Shown piece by piece: positions 32,688 to 41,634 of a DNA stretch of 58,993 nucleotides (within the stretch, counting starts at the first letter, position 1; each line of letters opens with the position of its first letter). The position numbers and the translations under genes are program-made. Source of the stretch: Candidatus Omnitrophota bacterium (lineage in GTDB: Bacteria; Omnitrophota; Omnitrophia; Omnitrophales; Omnitrophaceae); NCBI GenBank assembly GCA_016209715.1, contig JACQVP010000014.1:1-58993 (forward strand), written 5' to 3'. The notes beneath the pieces are model-generated. The model saw nothing but the letters and a program-made list of their open reading frames with translations, was not told the DNA's origin and did no database searches.

Positions 32688-33069
32688 CCATCACCCCTTT
32701 CCTCTGGCATCTTAAATTTCTACTAATACAATCTTGATGCCAAGATCAAACCGTTATTACGAATTATTGCTCTCTCCTAAGTCATATTTCAGAAATGAGT
32801 TATACTATCGGCCCGCGCCGGCAGATTTGACCCCGCCAGCGCCTTGCGTCATTTCACTCAATGGCCTTTAAAGGGCTGCGTCAGAATCCCTAAGGATCGT
32901 TATTGTTTCTGTAATAATGGCTAATTTTGCTGCTTTCTGATTAATCTTAAAGGCAACTGGCTCGACAGGAATCATGATGCGATCTCTGTGCGGAGTTGGG
33001 TCTTCCGATCTTTGACCGCGCTGATGTCAAAAATTTCAAAACATCTCTTCCGTTGCGGATTTTTCTGAA

Positions 33070-33075
33070 TATAAT
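33070..33075 (+). promoter_or_regulatory. Perfect TATAAT hexamer about 95 nt upstream of the giant ORF (no convincing -35)
   Basis: Read directly in the AT-rich intergenic region. A TG lies 2 nt upstream (not canonical extended -10 spacing). Confidence 0.3.
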
Positions 33076-33170
33076 ATTCCCCTACCAGCCCAAAAGTCGC
33101 CGGGGTATCAGCAGCAATCAATGAATCAAATTGCCATCAAACAAGAGAAACGTGTCATCTCAAATTTTGG

Positions 33171-36100
33171 ATGGAAAAAAAACCTATGCGATTGAATTTC
33201 CACTTTCATAAGTCGCATAGTGTTAGACGGGTCCTCCTCCTCTCTTTCTTCTTTCTTCTTCCTTTCTCTTCCCTGAATTCATACGCCGCCGATTCCTTTC
33301 ACGTTCTCGACGCGGCCGACCGCGGCGCCGAGGCCTCCGAACCGGGCCGGGCCTCCACGCTGGCCGGTTACGACGAGACCCGCAAACAGGACGTGATCGA
33401 ACTAAACTATTCCCTTCCCGCGAATGGAACGGCGAGTTTTTGGGCCAAGAATTTTCCGGCCGGCCTGGAGCCGGAGTCCGTCGGGACGGTCGAGATCTCC
33501 GTGAAAACGGCCGATGCCGCGGAGCAGGAGCAAATTTCCGTCACCCTGGATCTAAACGGAAGCGCCGGGACACAGAGCTTCCCCATCGAACTGAAGACCG
33601 GCTGGACGAGCAGGACGGAAATCATTGATTGGCCGACCCTCGGCAAATTGGAGGAATTGAGACTCGACCTGAAGGCCGCGGCGCCCGCGGAAGGAACACT
33701 TACTTTTACGATCTCTTTCAAACCGGCGCCGGCCCCGGCACCAGCCGCGCCCGCGGTGGAAGTCACGGCGCCGGCCAGCTCCGCTCCTGAGCCGGCGGCA
33801 GAGCCTGAGACCGAGGACGCCGAGGCCCCGGCGCCCAAGCCGGAAGTGGTCCCGGCCGCGTGGACGCTCTTCGACGCCGGTCAGCGCGGAGTGGACATGA
33901 GCGGGAACGCCGCCGGCGGGATCATGCCGACTTTTGACGAGGCCGCCAACAAGGACGTCCTCGAGTTTGACTACACCCTTTCCGAAGGCGACTCCATCAA
34001 AGTCTGGGCCCGGGAGTTCCCTTCGACTCTTTCGAGCGCCACCGCCAACGCCTCTAAAATCAGCGTCCGGGTGATCGAGCCCGGCCAGGCAGAAACGATC
34101 TCGGCCTCGCTCGAAATCCAAGGCAGCGCGGGGGCTCAATCCGTCCCGCTCATTTTGAAATCGGGCTGGAATTCGTCGTTGAACGCCGTGAACTGGGACG
34201 AGACCGGCGATTTACGCGAAGCGGCTCTAGCTTTGGCGCCGGCGCCGGGACAAAAGTCGGCTAAGGGGACGCTCAACGTGGCCGTGGATTTCGTCCGACT
34301 GGCCGACTTGAACCTGCTCCGCTCCTCCGGCCAAACAGCCGCCTGTTCCCTTTTCGACGCGGGTGAAAAGGGCGTCTTCAACATCGGTTCCTCCAAAGGG
34401 CTCATCACCGGCGCCTTCAATGAGCAATTGGGCAAAGACGTGTGGGCCTTCGAGTATTCTTTGCCCGACGCCTCGGTGGTCGGCATCTGGACCAAGAGTT
34501 ACCCCGCCGACCTCAATGCCGCGGCGGCGGACGCGGTCCGGGTCGGGGTCCAGGTCCCCGACTCCAATCAATTGACGCAGGTTTCGGTCAAACTGGAAAT
34601 CAAAGGAGAGAGCGGCATGCAGACCATCCCTCTTTCCCTGAAACCCGGGTACAACTCCGTCGCCGAGCGCATCAACTGGGGGACCATCGGGGCCTTGACG
34701 GAAGTCGTGTTCGTGGTGAGCCCGATGGCCGTGGGGCCGCTCGTGGTGAGCCCCGTCGGCCTGAGCCCGATGGAAAACAAGGAACCCATCAACGGCACCC
34801 TGTACTTCGATCTTGAATTCGGCCGCCTCAGCTTCATGCAAAAGAATGCCACGCTGATCAAGGTGGCCCTGATCTTGTTGGTCGGTCTTCTGGCCTCGCT
34901 CGGCACGTTTGTCGCGAGCCGGACCTTCCGGCGCGAGACCGCACGCGCCACCGCCCCGGAAGAAAACACCGGTCGCAGCCCGGCCGGCAGGGACTTTTTT
35001 TACGGCGCCATGGCCGTTCTCATCGCCGGAGTCGCGATCTACATCTATTCTCTGAATTCGATCAGCCCCCTCGACGGAGCCTTTCATCTCGGTTTCGCCG
35101 GAGTGGCCCTGACGGGGATCGTCATTTCCGCGCTCCTGAAAAAGCATCTCACGGGCGAATGCCTTTCGGCCGGCGAAGTCTTCCAGAATTTCACGGCGTG
35201 CGGCCTCCTGGCCATCGCCACGAGCAAGCAGGAAATCCTCCAGGCGCCCTCCAGTTGGGTTCAGATCTTTCAATTCAGCGGCATGGTGGCCGCGGTCACG
35301 TTTTCCATCTATCAATTTTCGAACGCGCGTTCCCTGGCTGTTTCCCGGCGCCATCTGGGCCCGGTCAGCTGCGCCCTCATCGTGGGCACCCCCTATTTGT
35401 TCAACTGGCTGCTGCTGGTCGAAAACGCTAATTTCCTGCAAACCCTGATCAACGCCCTCACCGTGCACCTGCTGGCCGCCTGGCCCCCGGTCCTGGAATT
35501 CCTGGGCCGGCTTTTGGTCATCTTTCTCTTCAACGAAGCGGTGACGAACGGCATCAGCCTCTCCACCAAAGGCCGCCTGCTCAAATCCGGACTGGCCCAT
35601 GCCGTTATTTTCGGCGTTTCGGCCGGCGTCGTGGTTTCGCCTTACATCGCCGACCTCGGGTCCCTGCCCGCGGTGGGAGCTCTGGCCGCGCCGCTGCGCG
35701 CCCTCGTCGCCATCCTGACCACCGTGCTTTCGTTCGCCGGACTCTGGGGCGAGGTGTATCTCCTCACGGGAATTTCCCTCGACGGCGGCCACAGCAAGGC
35801 CCCCTCCCAGGAAAGCATCCTGAATCACGTCAATATCGGCGTGCGTAAAGGCATGGCTTACAGCGGCATCCTCACCGCCATCTTGTATGTGCTCTTCATC
35901 GTTTTCGACGCGCGCGCGGCACAGGCGTTCATGGCGCGCTTTCCGCTGCCCATCGGCATCCTCGCCGGGGGGCTCATTTTTCCGTTCGTGAAGACCATCA
36001 TCGAGACCTTCGACGGAAGCCTTCCCTTTTTCGAGCGCACCCGTTTCAGCTACCGCGACCCGGTGCTCTATTTCCGCGGCGCGATCGTCGGCTTCGGTTT

Positions 36101-39100
36101 CGCGCACATGATCGCGCACGGCCTGTTCGCGGCGGGCATGCAAGAGCGGATCGGATTCGGCCTCGTGATCGGGCTGGCCGCCTCGGGCGGAGTCAGCTTC
36201 CTGAGAGACGTATTTTACGGATTCCGCGGCCAGGGCGGGGTTCAGAGCTGGCGGCTTTATCTGGTGGATTCCCTGCTCGGGGCCTTCGTGGGGTGCGCGG
36301 TGGCCTTCTACCTCGATGCCCGCCAGGTCCCGGTCATCCTGGAAAAATTCAAGCTTTACACCTCCGCCGGTTTCGACGCGGTCGATTACATCACTTACCC
36401 GCTCTTGAACAAATGGGGCCGCATCGACCTCGGCACTTACGCGGGCGGCGTGAAACTTTTGTACACCGAATCTCTCGCCGGCGTCATCAATTGGTCCATC
36501 GCGGCCTGGCTCTTCGCCATCAACAAAGTCTTCATGCAGGCCTTTTTCGACAAGGACAAGACCCCCATCAAGTTTTTCTTCTCCAAGGAAGGCTTCGCCA
36601 CCCTCATCGAGCACATGATCTACGTCCTCCGGTGGGGGCTCTGGATGTCCCCGATCATTTTCACTTTCCTCCGGATGATGCCCGAGGCCACCTGGTACAA
36701 CCAGGACGGCGCGATCCGCACCGTGTTCGCGATTTATCAAAACGCCACCCTGTCTCCGGAGGCCTTCCAGCAGTGGAGCCTTCAGGTTTTCGTGTACATC
36801 CTGGCCTTCGACTTCTTCCGCATCCTGATCTGGATGGACCACATGGGCCTGCGCGTGGCCACGCTCGTCAATTTGAGCTTCCTCGGGATGGACAAGCTGG
36901 ACGAAAAGATTTCCCGCTTCATCGGCCCGGCCGCGGCGCAACGTTATATCCCCGAAGGCGTGAAACGCTTCACCACGTGGGCGCCCCTGCTGATCCCGTT
37001 CTATCTCCCCCGCGGCGACGATTGGAACTATGTCTGGAACACCGCCGAGGCCATGCAAAACGCCGGGCGCGGCCGCGGCTTGGTTTCCTTCCTCCAATCT
37101 CTCTCGCTTCCGCAAATGGCGCTCTTGATCGCCTGCGCCGTCGCGGTCGCCACCGCCGTTTCTTATGCCGCGCGCGAACTGAGCCGCCGGGCGAGAAAGC
37201 GGCGCCTGGCCACGTTCGAGCTGGAGAACCGCGAATATCGCGTCGTGGTGAAGGAAAACGGCGAGGCCTACAGCGAGGTGCTCTCCAAGGAATTTTTTGA
37301 CCTCACCCGCCGCGCTTACGACCTGATCGATCCCTGCGGGCGCATTCTCTTCCTTCTGGACACCAAGGAAGCCCCCCGCGCGCCCCGCCGCTTTTGGCCG
37401 GTCGTCGGCAATTTTCCGCGGGACATGTTCGACGCCTCGCAAATCGAGAAGGGCGACGGCACCGTCAAATTCACGAACGAGAATCACGGCGTGCGAACCA
37501 CTGTGGAAATGAGACTCCCGGACCTCGACAGCACCGCGGAGGTCTGGACGGTCACCGTTGAAAACATGACCGCAAAACAGCGCGAGTTGAAAATGGTCCC
37601 TTATCTCGAGTGGGTCCTGAACGGATGGATCCACGACCGGTTTCACACGCAGTACGCGCGGCTGTATCCCGAGATGGAATACAAGGCCGGCGCGAACGCG
37701 ATCCTGACCTGGCAGAAGGCCACCAAATCCATGGGCTTCCTGGCCTCCGATGTCGCCCCGCAGGGGTTCCTCTCTTCCCGCATGGATTTCATCGGCCGGG
37801 CGCAGAGCATCTGGGCGCCCCGGATCTTCGACACGCTCGCGTTTTCGGAAGCGCGCGACACGGCCGGCTACCCGACGTTCGATCCCATCGGCAGCCTCCT
37901 GATCCATTTGACCCTGCAGCCGAAATCTTCGAAGACCGTGCGCTTCATCGTCGGACACGCCAAAAACAAAGACGCGGCGCTGGGCCTGATCCGTAAGTAC
38001 CTCAATCCGGTCCCGGCCGAGACGGCGCCTTCCGGTCCCGCCAAGAAGAAATATCCCCTGATCGGGCACGGCGAAATCTTGCCGGGCACGCCGCAGCCGT
38101 ATTCGGAATTCATCGACGAGGGCCGGAAATTGCTCGTCCGCACGCCTTTCACCACCCGGCCGTACGACCACGCGCTCTCCAACGCCATCCACTCGGTGAT
38201 GGTCACCAATCGCGGCCTGCACACGTCCTGCAACGGCAATTCGCAGCAAAACCGCCTCACGCCGGACTGGCCGGACACGGTGACGAAGGAAATCCCGACG
38301 GAAGCCATTTATCTGCATGACCCGGAGACGCGGGAATGGTTTTCCCCGACCTACCATCCCCTGAACAAACCCAACGCGCAGTTCGAGTCCGAGTTCGGCG
38401 TCGACGGAACCGCCATTTTCCGCATGACCGAGGGCTCCCTGTCGACGCGCCTCACCGTGTTCGTGCCGGTGGACGACCCGGCCGGCGTCTATTATTTGAC
38501 CGTGAAAAACAATTCCGACCGCTCCCGCAGGCTCCGGGTGTCGCCTTATTTCCAAATGGTCCTCTCCTTTCAACCGGAGCGCTCGGGGACACTCAGCGTG
38601 AAACACGACCGCGACACCAACGCCCTCTTCTTCGAAAACCCGCGCAACATGTTCCGCACGGGATGGGCCTTTGCCTCCATGTCGCTCCCGGCCGAGCAGG
38701 TGGAGACCAAGCGGGGCCGCTATTTCGGTTCGGACCGCGGCACCATCCATCCTTTCCTGGTGGAGCAGGGCCGCCCGGACGAGACCCAACTGTGGGACGA
38801 CCGCCAGGTGGCCGCCTTTGTCGGGACCTTGGAAGTCCCCGCGCGCGGGGAGGCTTCGGTCGCTGTGGTCCTGGGGCAGACGGACCGGCGAGACGAGGCG
38901 CAGAAATTGGTCCGCAAGTACAAAGACCTCGAGACCGCCAAGACCGCGCTGGCCCAGACCCAGCAATGGTGGCTCAATCTGATGAACACGGCGCAAGTGG
39001 AGACCAACCGTCCCGAATTCGACCGCCTGCTTCACTGGCTCAAGTACCAGGCCCTCGCCGAGCGCATCTGGGCCCGCCGCGGGTTTTACCAAACGAGCGG

Positions 39101-40481
39101 CGCCTTCGGGTTCCGCGACCAGCTGCAGGACACGGTCAACATGATCTGGGTGGACCCTTCCCTGGCCCGCAAACAAATCATTCTCCATGCCTCCCAGCAA
39201 TTCGTCGAGGGAGACGTCTTTCACTGGTTCTTCACCCTGACGGACGGGCGCACGGCCTTCTCGTGCCGCTCCCATGCCTCGGACAATCCCGTGTGGCTGC
39301 CGTGGGCCGTGGTCGAATACGTGCGCGGCACCGGCGATTATTCGGTCCTGGACGAAATGGCCTCTTACGTCGTTTCCGAATTTCCCTTTGCGCCCCTTCC
39401 CAAAAACAAGCAGGGCTGGGGCCATTTATACCACCGTTCCACCCGCGCCGATTCCATTTACCGGCACTGCATGAAATCCATCGACCTGGTCCTCAACCAT
39501 CGCATGGGCAAGCACGGCCTCCCGCTGATCCAGACCGGCGACTGGAACGACGGCCTGGACGAGATCGGCAGCGAAGGCCACGGCGAAAGCGTCTGGCTCG
39601 GGTTCTTCCTCTACTACATCTTGAAGCACATCCTCCCCGTCATCGAAGTGAAGGAAGGCGGGGCCAGGAAGGAGCATTACACCCGCAGGATGAAAGACCT
39701 CGGCGCCGCGCTCGAACGCACCTGGCGGGGAGACCGTTACCTGCGCGCCATCCACGACGACGGGACGGAAATCGGGGTCAAGGACAGCGGCGTCTGGGAA
39801 ATCGACGCCCTCACCGCGGCGTGGGCAGTGATCTCGGGCCTCAATCTCGAACGCGGCCTCATCGTTTTCAACACCGCTTTGCATGTGCTCGAGAAGGAGA
39901 ACGCGGTCCTGCTCGGCTGGCCGGCGCTCCGGGAGGACACCAAGCCTTATTTGGGCCGCAGCAGCAAATATCCGGAAGGGGTCCGCGAGAACGGCATGTA
40001 CTGCCACGGCGTGCAATGGCTCGTGCGCGCGGCCCGAATCCTGGCCGAAGAATTCGACAAGGACGGGGACCGGGCCAAGGCCGACGAATACCGCGAAACG
40101 GCCTACCGCCTGTGGCTGAAGGTCTCCGCCATTCCGCACACCGAAGGAAAGGAAATTGAAATCTACGGCGGACAGCCCAACAAGCAGTCGGCGGACATCC
40201 TCACCAACTTCGACCAGGGCCGCATGATTTGGCACGGTTACACGGGCGCGGCCGGCTGGATGCTGCGCCAGGCGTTCGAAGGAGTGGTCGGCGCCGCCTT
40301 GTCCAAGAACCACCTCATCCCGCCCAAGGACCTGGACAAAAATCGCGGAAACTTGAAAGTGAACCGCGTGCACCGTGATCTCGACGTCCTGAAATCCGCC
40401 GGGAACGCGTTCAAACGTTCGTCGAAAGTACAAGTCGAGCCGCCGGCATGGGCGGCAGACAGCCATTCTAAAAGGAGGTAA
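33171..40481 (+). CDS. 2436-aa membrane protein: signal peptide, three beta-sandwich-like repeats, about 20 TM helices and a tandem GH94-like (cyclic-glucan-synthase C-terminal-like) phosphorylase region
   Basis: Uninterrupted ORF. Repeats at about aa 42-183, 229-376 and 391-553. Hydrophobic block at aa 560-1335. GH94-type blocks: TRPYDHALSN...NGNSQQNRLTPDW, FGFRDQLQD and QTGDWNDGLDE. An alternative ATG at 33186 has a better GGATGGA spacer. Confidence 0.85.
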   Translation: MEKKPMRLNFHFHKSHSVRRVLLLSFFFLLPFSSLNSYAADSFHVLDAADRGAEASEPGRASTLAGYDETRKQDVIELNYSLPANGTASFWAKNFPAGLEPESVGTVEISVKTADAAEQEQISVTLDLNGSAGTQSFPIELKTGWTSRTEIIDWPTLGKLEELRLDLKAAAPAEGTLTFTISFKPAPAPAPAAPAVEVTAPASSAPEPAAEPETEDAEAPAPKPEVVPAAWTLFDAGQRGVDMSGNAAGGIMPTFDEAANKDVLEFDYTLSEGDSIKVWAREFPSTLSSATANASKISVRVIEPGQAETISASLEIQGSAGAQSVPLILKSGWNSSLNAVNWDETGDLREAALALAPAPGQKSAKGTLNVAVDFVRLADLNLLRSSGQTAACSLFDAGEKGVFNIGSSKGLITGAFNEQLGKDVWAFEYSLPDASVVGIWTKSYPADLNAAAADAVRVGVQVPDSNQLTQVSVKLEIKGESGMQTIPLSLKPGYNSVAERINWGTIGALTEVVFVVSPMAVGPLVVSPVGLSPMENKEPINGTLYFDLEFGRLSFMQKNATLIKVALILLVGLLASLGTFVASRTFRRETARATAPEENTGRSPAGRDFFYGAMAVLIAGVAIYIYSLNSISPLDGAFHLGFAGVALTGIVISALLKKHLTGECLSAGEVFQNFTACGLLAIATSKQEILQAPSSWVQIFQFSGMVAAVTFSIYQFSNARSLAVSRRHLGPVSCALIVGTPYLFNWLLLVENANFLQTLINALTVHLLAAWPPVLEFLGRLLVIFLFNEAVTNGISLSTKGRLLKSGLAHAVIFGVSAGVVVSPYIADLGSLPAVGALAAPLRALVAILTTVLSFAGLWGEVYLLTGISLDGGHSKAPSQESILNHVNIGVRKGMAYSGILTAILYVLFIVFDARAAQAFMARFPLPIGILAGGLIFPFVKTIIETFDGSLPFFERTRFSYRDPVLYFRGAIVGFGFAHMIAHGLFAAGMQERIGFGLVIGLAASGGVSFLRDVFYGFRGQGGVQSWRLYLVDSLLGAFVGCAVAFYLDARQVPVILEKFKLYTSAGFDAVDYITYPLLNKWGRIDLGTYAGGVKLLYTESLAGVINWSIAAWLFAINKVFMQAFFDKDKTPIKFFFSKEGFATLIEHMIYVLRWGLWMSPIIFTFLRMMPEATWYNQDGAIRTVFAIYQNATLSPEAFQQWSLQVFVYILAFDFFRILIWMDHMGLRVATLVNLSFLGMDKLDEKISRFIGPAAAQRYIPEGVKRFTTWAPLLIPFYLPRGDDWNYVWNTAEAMQNAGRGRGLVSFLQSLSLPQMALLIACAVAVATAVSYAARELSRRARKRRLATFELENREYRVVVKENGEAYSEVLSKEFFDLTRRAYDLIDPCGRILFLLDTKEAPRAPRRFWPVVGNFPRDMFDASQIEKGDGTVKFTNENHGVRTTVEMRLPDLDSTAEVWTVTVENMTAKQRELKMVPYLEWVLNGWIHDRFHTQYARLYPEMEYKAGANAILTWQKATKSMGFLASDVAPQGFLSSRMDFIGRAQSIWAPRIFDTLAFSEARDTAGYPTFDPIGSLLIHLTLQPKSSKTVRFIVGHAKNKDAALGLIRKYLNPVPAETAPSGPAKKKYPLIGHGEILPGTPQPYSEFIDEGRKLLVRTPFTTRPYDHALSNAIHSVMVTNRGLHTSCNGNSQQNRLTPDWPDTVTKEIPTEAIYLHDPETREWFSPTYHPLNKPNAQFESEFGVDGTAIFRMTEGSLSTRLTVFVPVDDPAGVYYLTVKNNSDRSRRLRVSPYFQMVLSFQPERSGTLSVKHDRDTNALFFENPRNMFRTGWAFASMSLPAEQVETKRGRYFGSDRGTIHPFLVEQGRPDETQLWDDRQVAAFVGTLEVPARGEASVAVVLGQTDRRDEAQKLVRKYKDLETAKTALAQTQQWWLNLMNTAQVETNRPEFDRLLHWLKYQALAERIWARRGFYQTSGAFGFRDQLQDTVNMIWVDPSLARKQIILHASQQFVEGDVFHWFFTLTDGRTAFSCRSHASDNPVWLPWAVVEYVRGTGDYSVLDEMASYVVSEFPFAPLPKNKQGWGHLYHRSTRADSIYRHCMKSIDLVLNHRMGKHGLPLIQTGDWNDGLDEIGSEGHGESVWLGFFLYYILKHILPVIEVKEGGARKEHYTRRMKDLGAALERTWRGDRYLRAIHDDGTEIGVKDSGVWEIDALTAAWAVISGLNLERGLIVFNTALHVLEKENAVLLGWPALREDTKPYLGRSSKYPEGVRENGMYCHGVQWLVRAARILAEEFDKDGDRAKADEYRETAYRLWLKVSAIPHTEGKEIEIYGGQPNKQSADILTNFDQGRMIWHGYTGAAGWMLRQAFEGVVGAALSKNHLIPPKDLDKNRGNLKVNRVHRDLDVLKSAGNAFKRSSKVQVEPPAWAADSHSKRR

Positions 40482-40489
40482 GTTTACAC

Positions 40490-40711
40490 ATGAAGACGTT
40501 GAGGAATACCGGGTCGGCCGCGCTTTTGGCCTTGGGGCTGGCCGTTTTCGCGGGGGGAACCGCCGAAGCCAACCACCACCTGGAATGCTGCAAGTATGAA
40601 GGCAAGAAATCTCTCACCCAGAGAGAGCTTCCGGAAGCCCAGAACGAGATCGTGATGATGCGCGTCCAACAAATGGAACGGGCGCAAAAGGAAGCCGGCG
40701 CCGCGCTTTAA
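40490..40711 (+). CDS. Small secreted protein (73 aa) with an HHLECC motif
   Basis: GGAGG 12 nt upstream of the ATG (inside the end of the giant ORF) and a signal peptide ending GTAEA-NHH. Its stop overlaps the convergent stop of the Ehr small-subunit gene. Confidence 0.45.
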   Translation: MKTLRNTGSAALLALGLAVFAGGTAEANHHLECCKYEGKKSLTQRELPEAQNEIVMMRVQQMERAQKEAGAAL

Positions 40712-41616
40712 TTCCCCGGCGCTCCGGCTTTGCCGAGCGCCACGAAGATCCCGTACAGAATCGCCTCCGGACGGGGCGGACAGCCCGGAATATAAACGTC
40801 GACCGGCACCGCCTGGTCCACCCCTCCCGAGACCGCGTAACTGCCCCGGAAGATCCCCCCGCTCACGGCACAACCCCCGCAAGCCACCACTGATTTAGGA
40901 GAAGGCATCGCCGCGTAAGTCTTCACCAGCGCCAGTTCCATCTGGCGGGTCACCGGCCCCGTCACGAGCAGCAGGTCCGCGTGCCGGGGCGAGGCCACGA
41001 AGTGGATTCCGTATCGTTCGGCATCATAAAGCGGGGTTGACAGATTGGTGATTTCCACTTCGCAGCCGTTGCAGGAGCCCGCGTCGACCTCGCGGACATG
41101 CAGCGACCGGCCGAAGAGCGCGCCGATCTTGTCTTTGAGCTTCCTCCCCAGGTCCTCGAGCGGGAGTCTGTCGGCAAAGTCTCCCTGCTCGTAATTCGGA
41201 TGGCGCGCACGCGCCGCCGCCGGCGGAAAATTCTTTTCCGGAGCTACGAACCGGGGGTCCTTAACGGTCTCGGACAGCCGGAACTCGAATGGCCGCGCGA
41301 GCGCGTCGCGGGAAGGCGCCGCCAGTTCAAATTTCCCCCGGAAGGAAATGGCCTCGTACGGGCAGGCCGGTCCGCAAAGACCGCAAAAGATGCAGTCGCC
41401 GTAATCCAGGACCAGCGTCCGGCGGTTCTCCTTCTGATCGTCCGAGACCGAAAGCGCGTCCGTGGGGCACGCCGCGACGCATTGGCCGCAGCCCGTGCAT
41501 TTGGCGGCGTCGATCTCAGGAGCCCCCGCGAAGCCTAACGGCGCCTCCGTCTGTCCCGGACAATACGAGGGCGCGGGCCTCCCGCTCTGGAAATTTTTTT
41601 TCAGGATCCTCAGCAT
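40708..41616 (-). CDS. Fused 2x[4Fe-4S] ferredoxin (HyfH/NuoI-like) and NuoB/HycG-like small subunit
   Basis: N-terminal CTGCGQCVAACP and CIFCGLCGPACP. C-terminal GSCNGCEVEI, ACGGCAVSGG and IPGCPPRPE (N2/proximal cluster ligands). Confidence 0.85.
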   Translation of the reverse strand: MLRILKKNFQSGRPAPSYCPGQTEAPLGFAGAPEIDAAKCTGCGQCVAACPTDALSVSDDQKENRRTLVLDYGDCIFCGLCGPACPYEAISFRGKFELAAPSRDALARPFEFRLSETVKDPRFVAPEKNFPPAAARARHPNYEQGDFADRLPLEDLGRKLKDKIGALFGRSLHVREVDAGSCNGCEVEITNLSTPLYDAERYGIHFVASPRHADLLLVTGPVTRQMELALVKTYAAMPSPKSVVACGGCAVSGGIFRGSYAVSGGVDQAVPVDVYIPGCPPRPEAILYGIFVALGKAGAPGN

Positions 41617-41634
41617 CGGATTCTATCTCCCCGT

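Noticed and set aside
32727-32743. Sigma54-like element TTGGCATCAAGATTGTA (minus strand) upstream of the tetrahaem gene
   Set aside because: The -24 half is good, but the position of the -12 GC reads GT. This is too weak without a score or conservation, unlike the site at 25606-25621.
32734-32749. FNR-like box TTGAT-GCCAAG-ATCAA upstream of the tetrahaem cytochrome gene
   Set aside because: The spacer is 6 nt rather than the canonical 4. It also does not match the TGTGA-N6-TCACA geometry of the four good sites. Kept only as a 6-bp inverted repeat (ATCTTG/CAAGAT) of unknown meaning.
33720-33854. Pro/Ala-rich repetitive stretch (APAPAPAAPA...) considered as a tandem DNA repeat
   Set aside because: It is in frame within the giant ORF and is irregular at the nucleotide level. 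I interpret it as a flexible linker between protein repeats 1 and 2.
34227-39425. 1732-aa minus-strand ORF antisense to the giant gene
   Set aside because: It has the Arg/Gly/Pro/Ala-rich, low-complexity composition typical of stop-free antisense frames in GC-rich coding DNA. It has no recognisable motifs. The plus-strand frame carries TM helices and GH94 blocks.
33171-40481. Calling the giant protein a cyclic beta-1,2-glucan synthase (Cgs/NdvB)
   Set aside because: Only the C-terminal GH94-like part matches that family by motif. Between the repeats and that region, no soluble segment is long enough for a GT84 domain. The exported triple repeat is not a Cgs feature that I know of.
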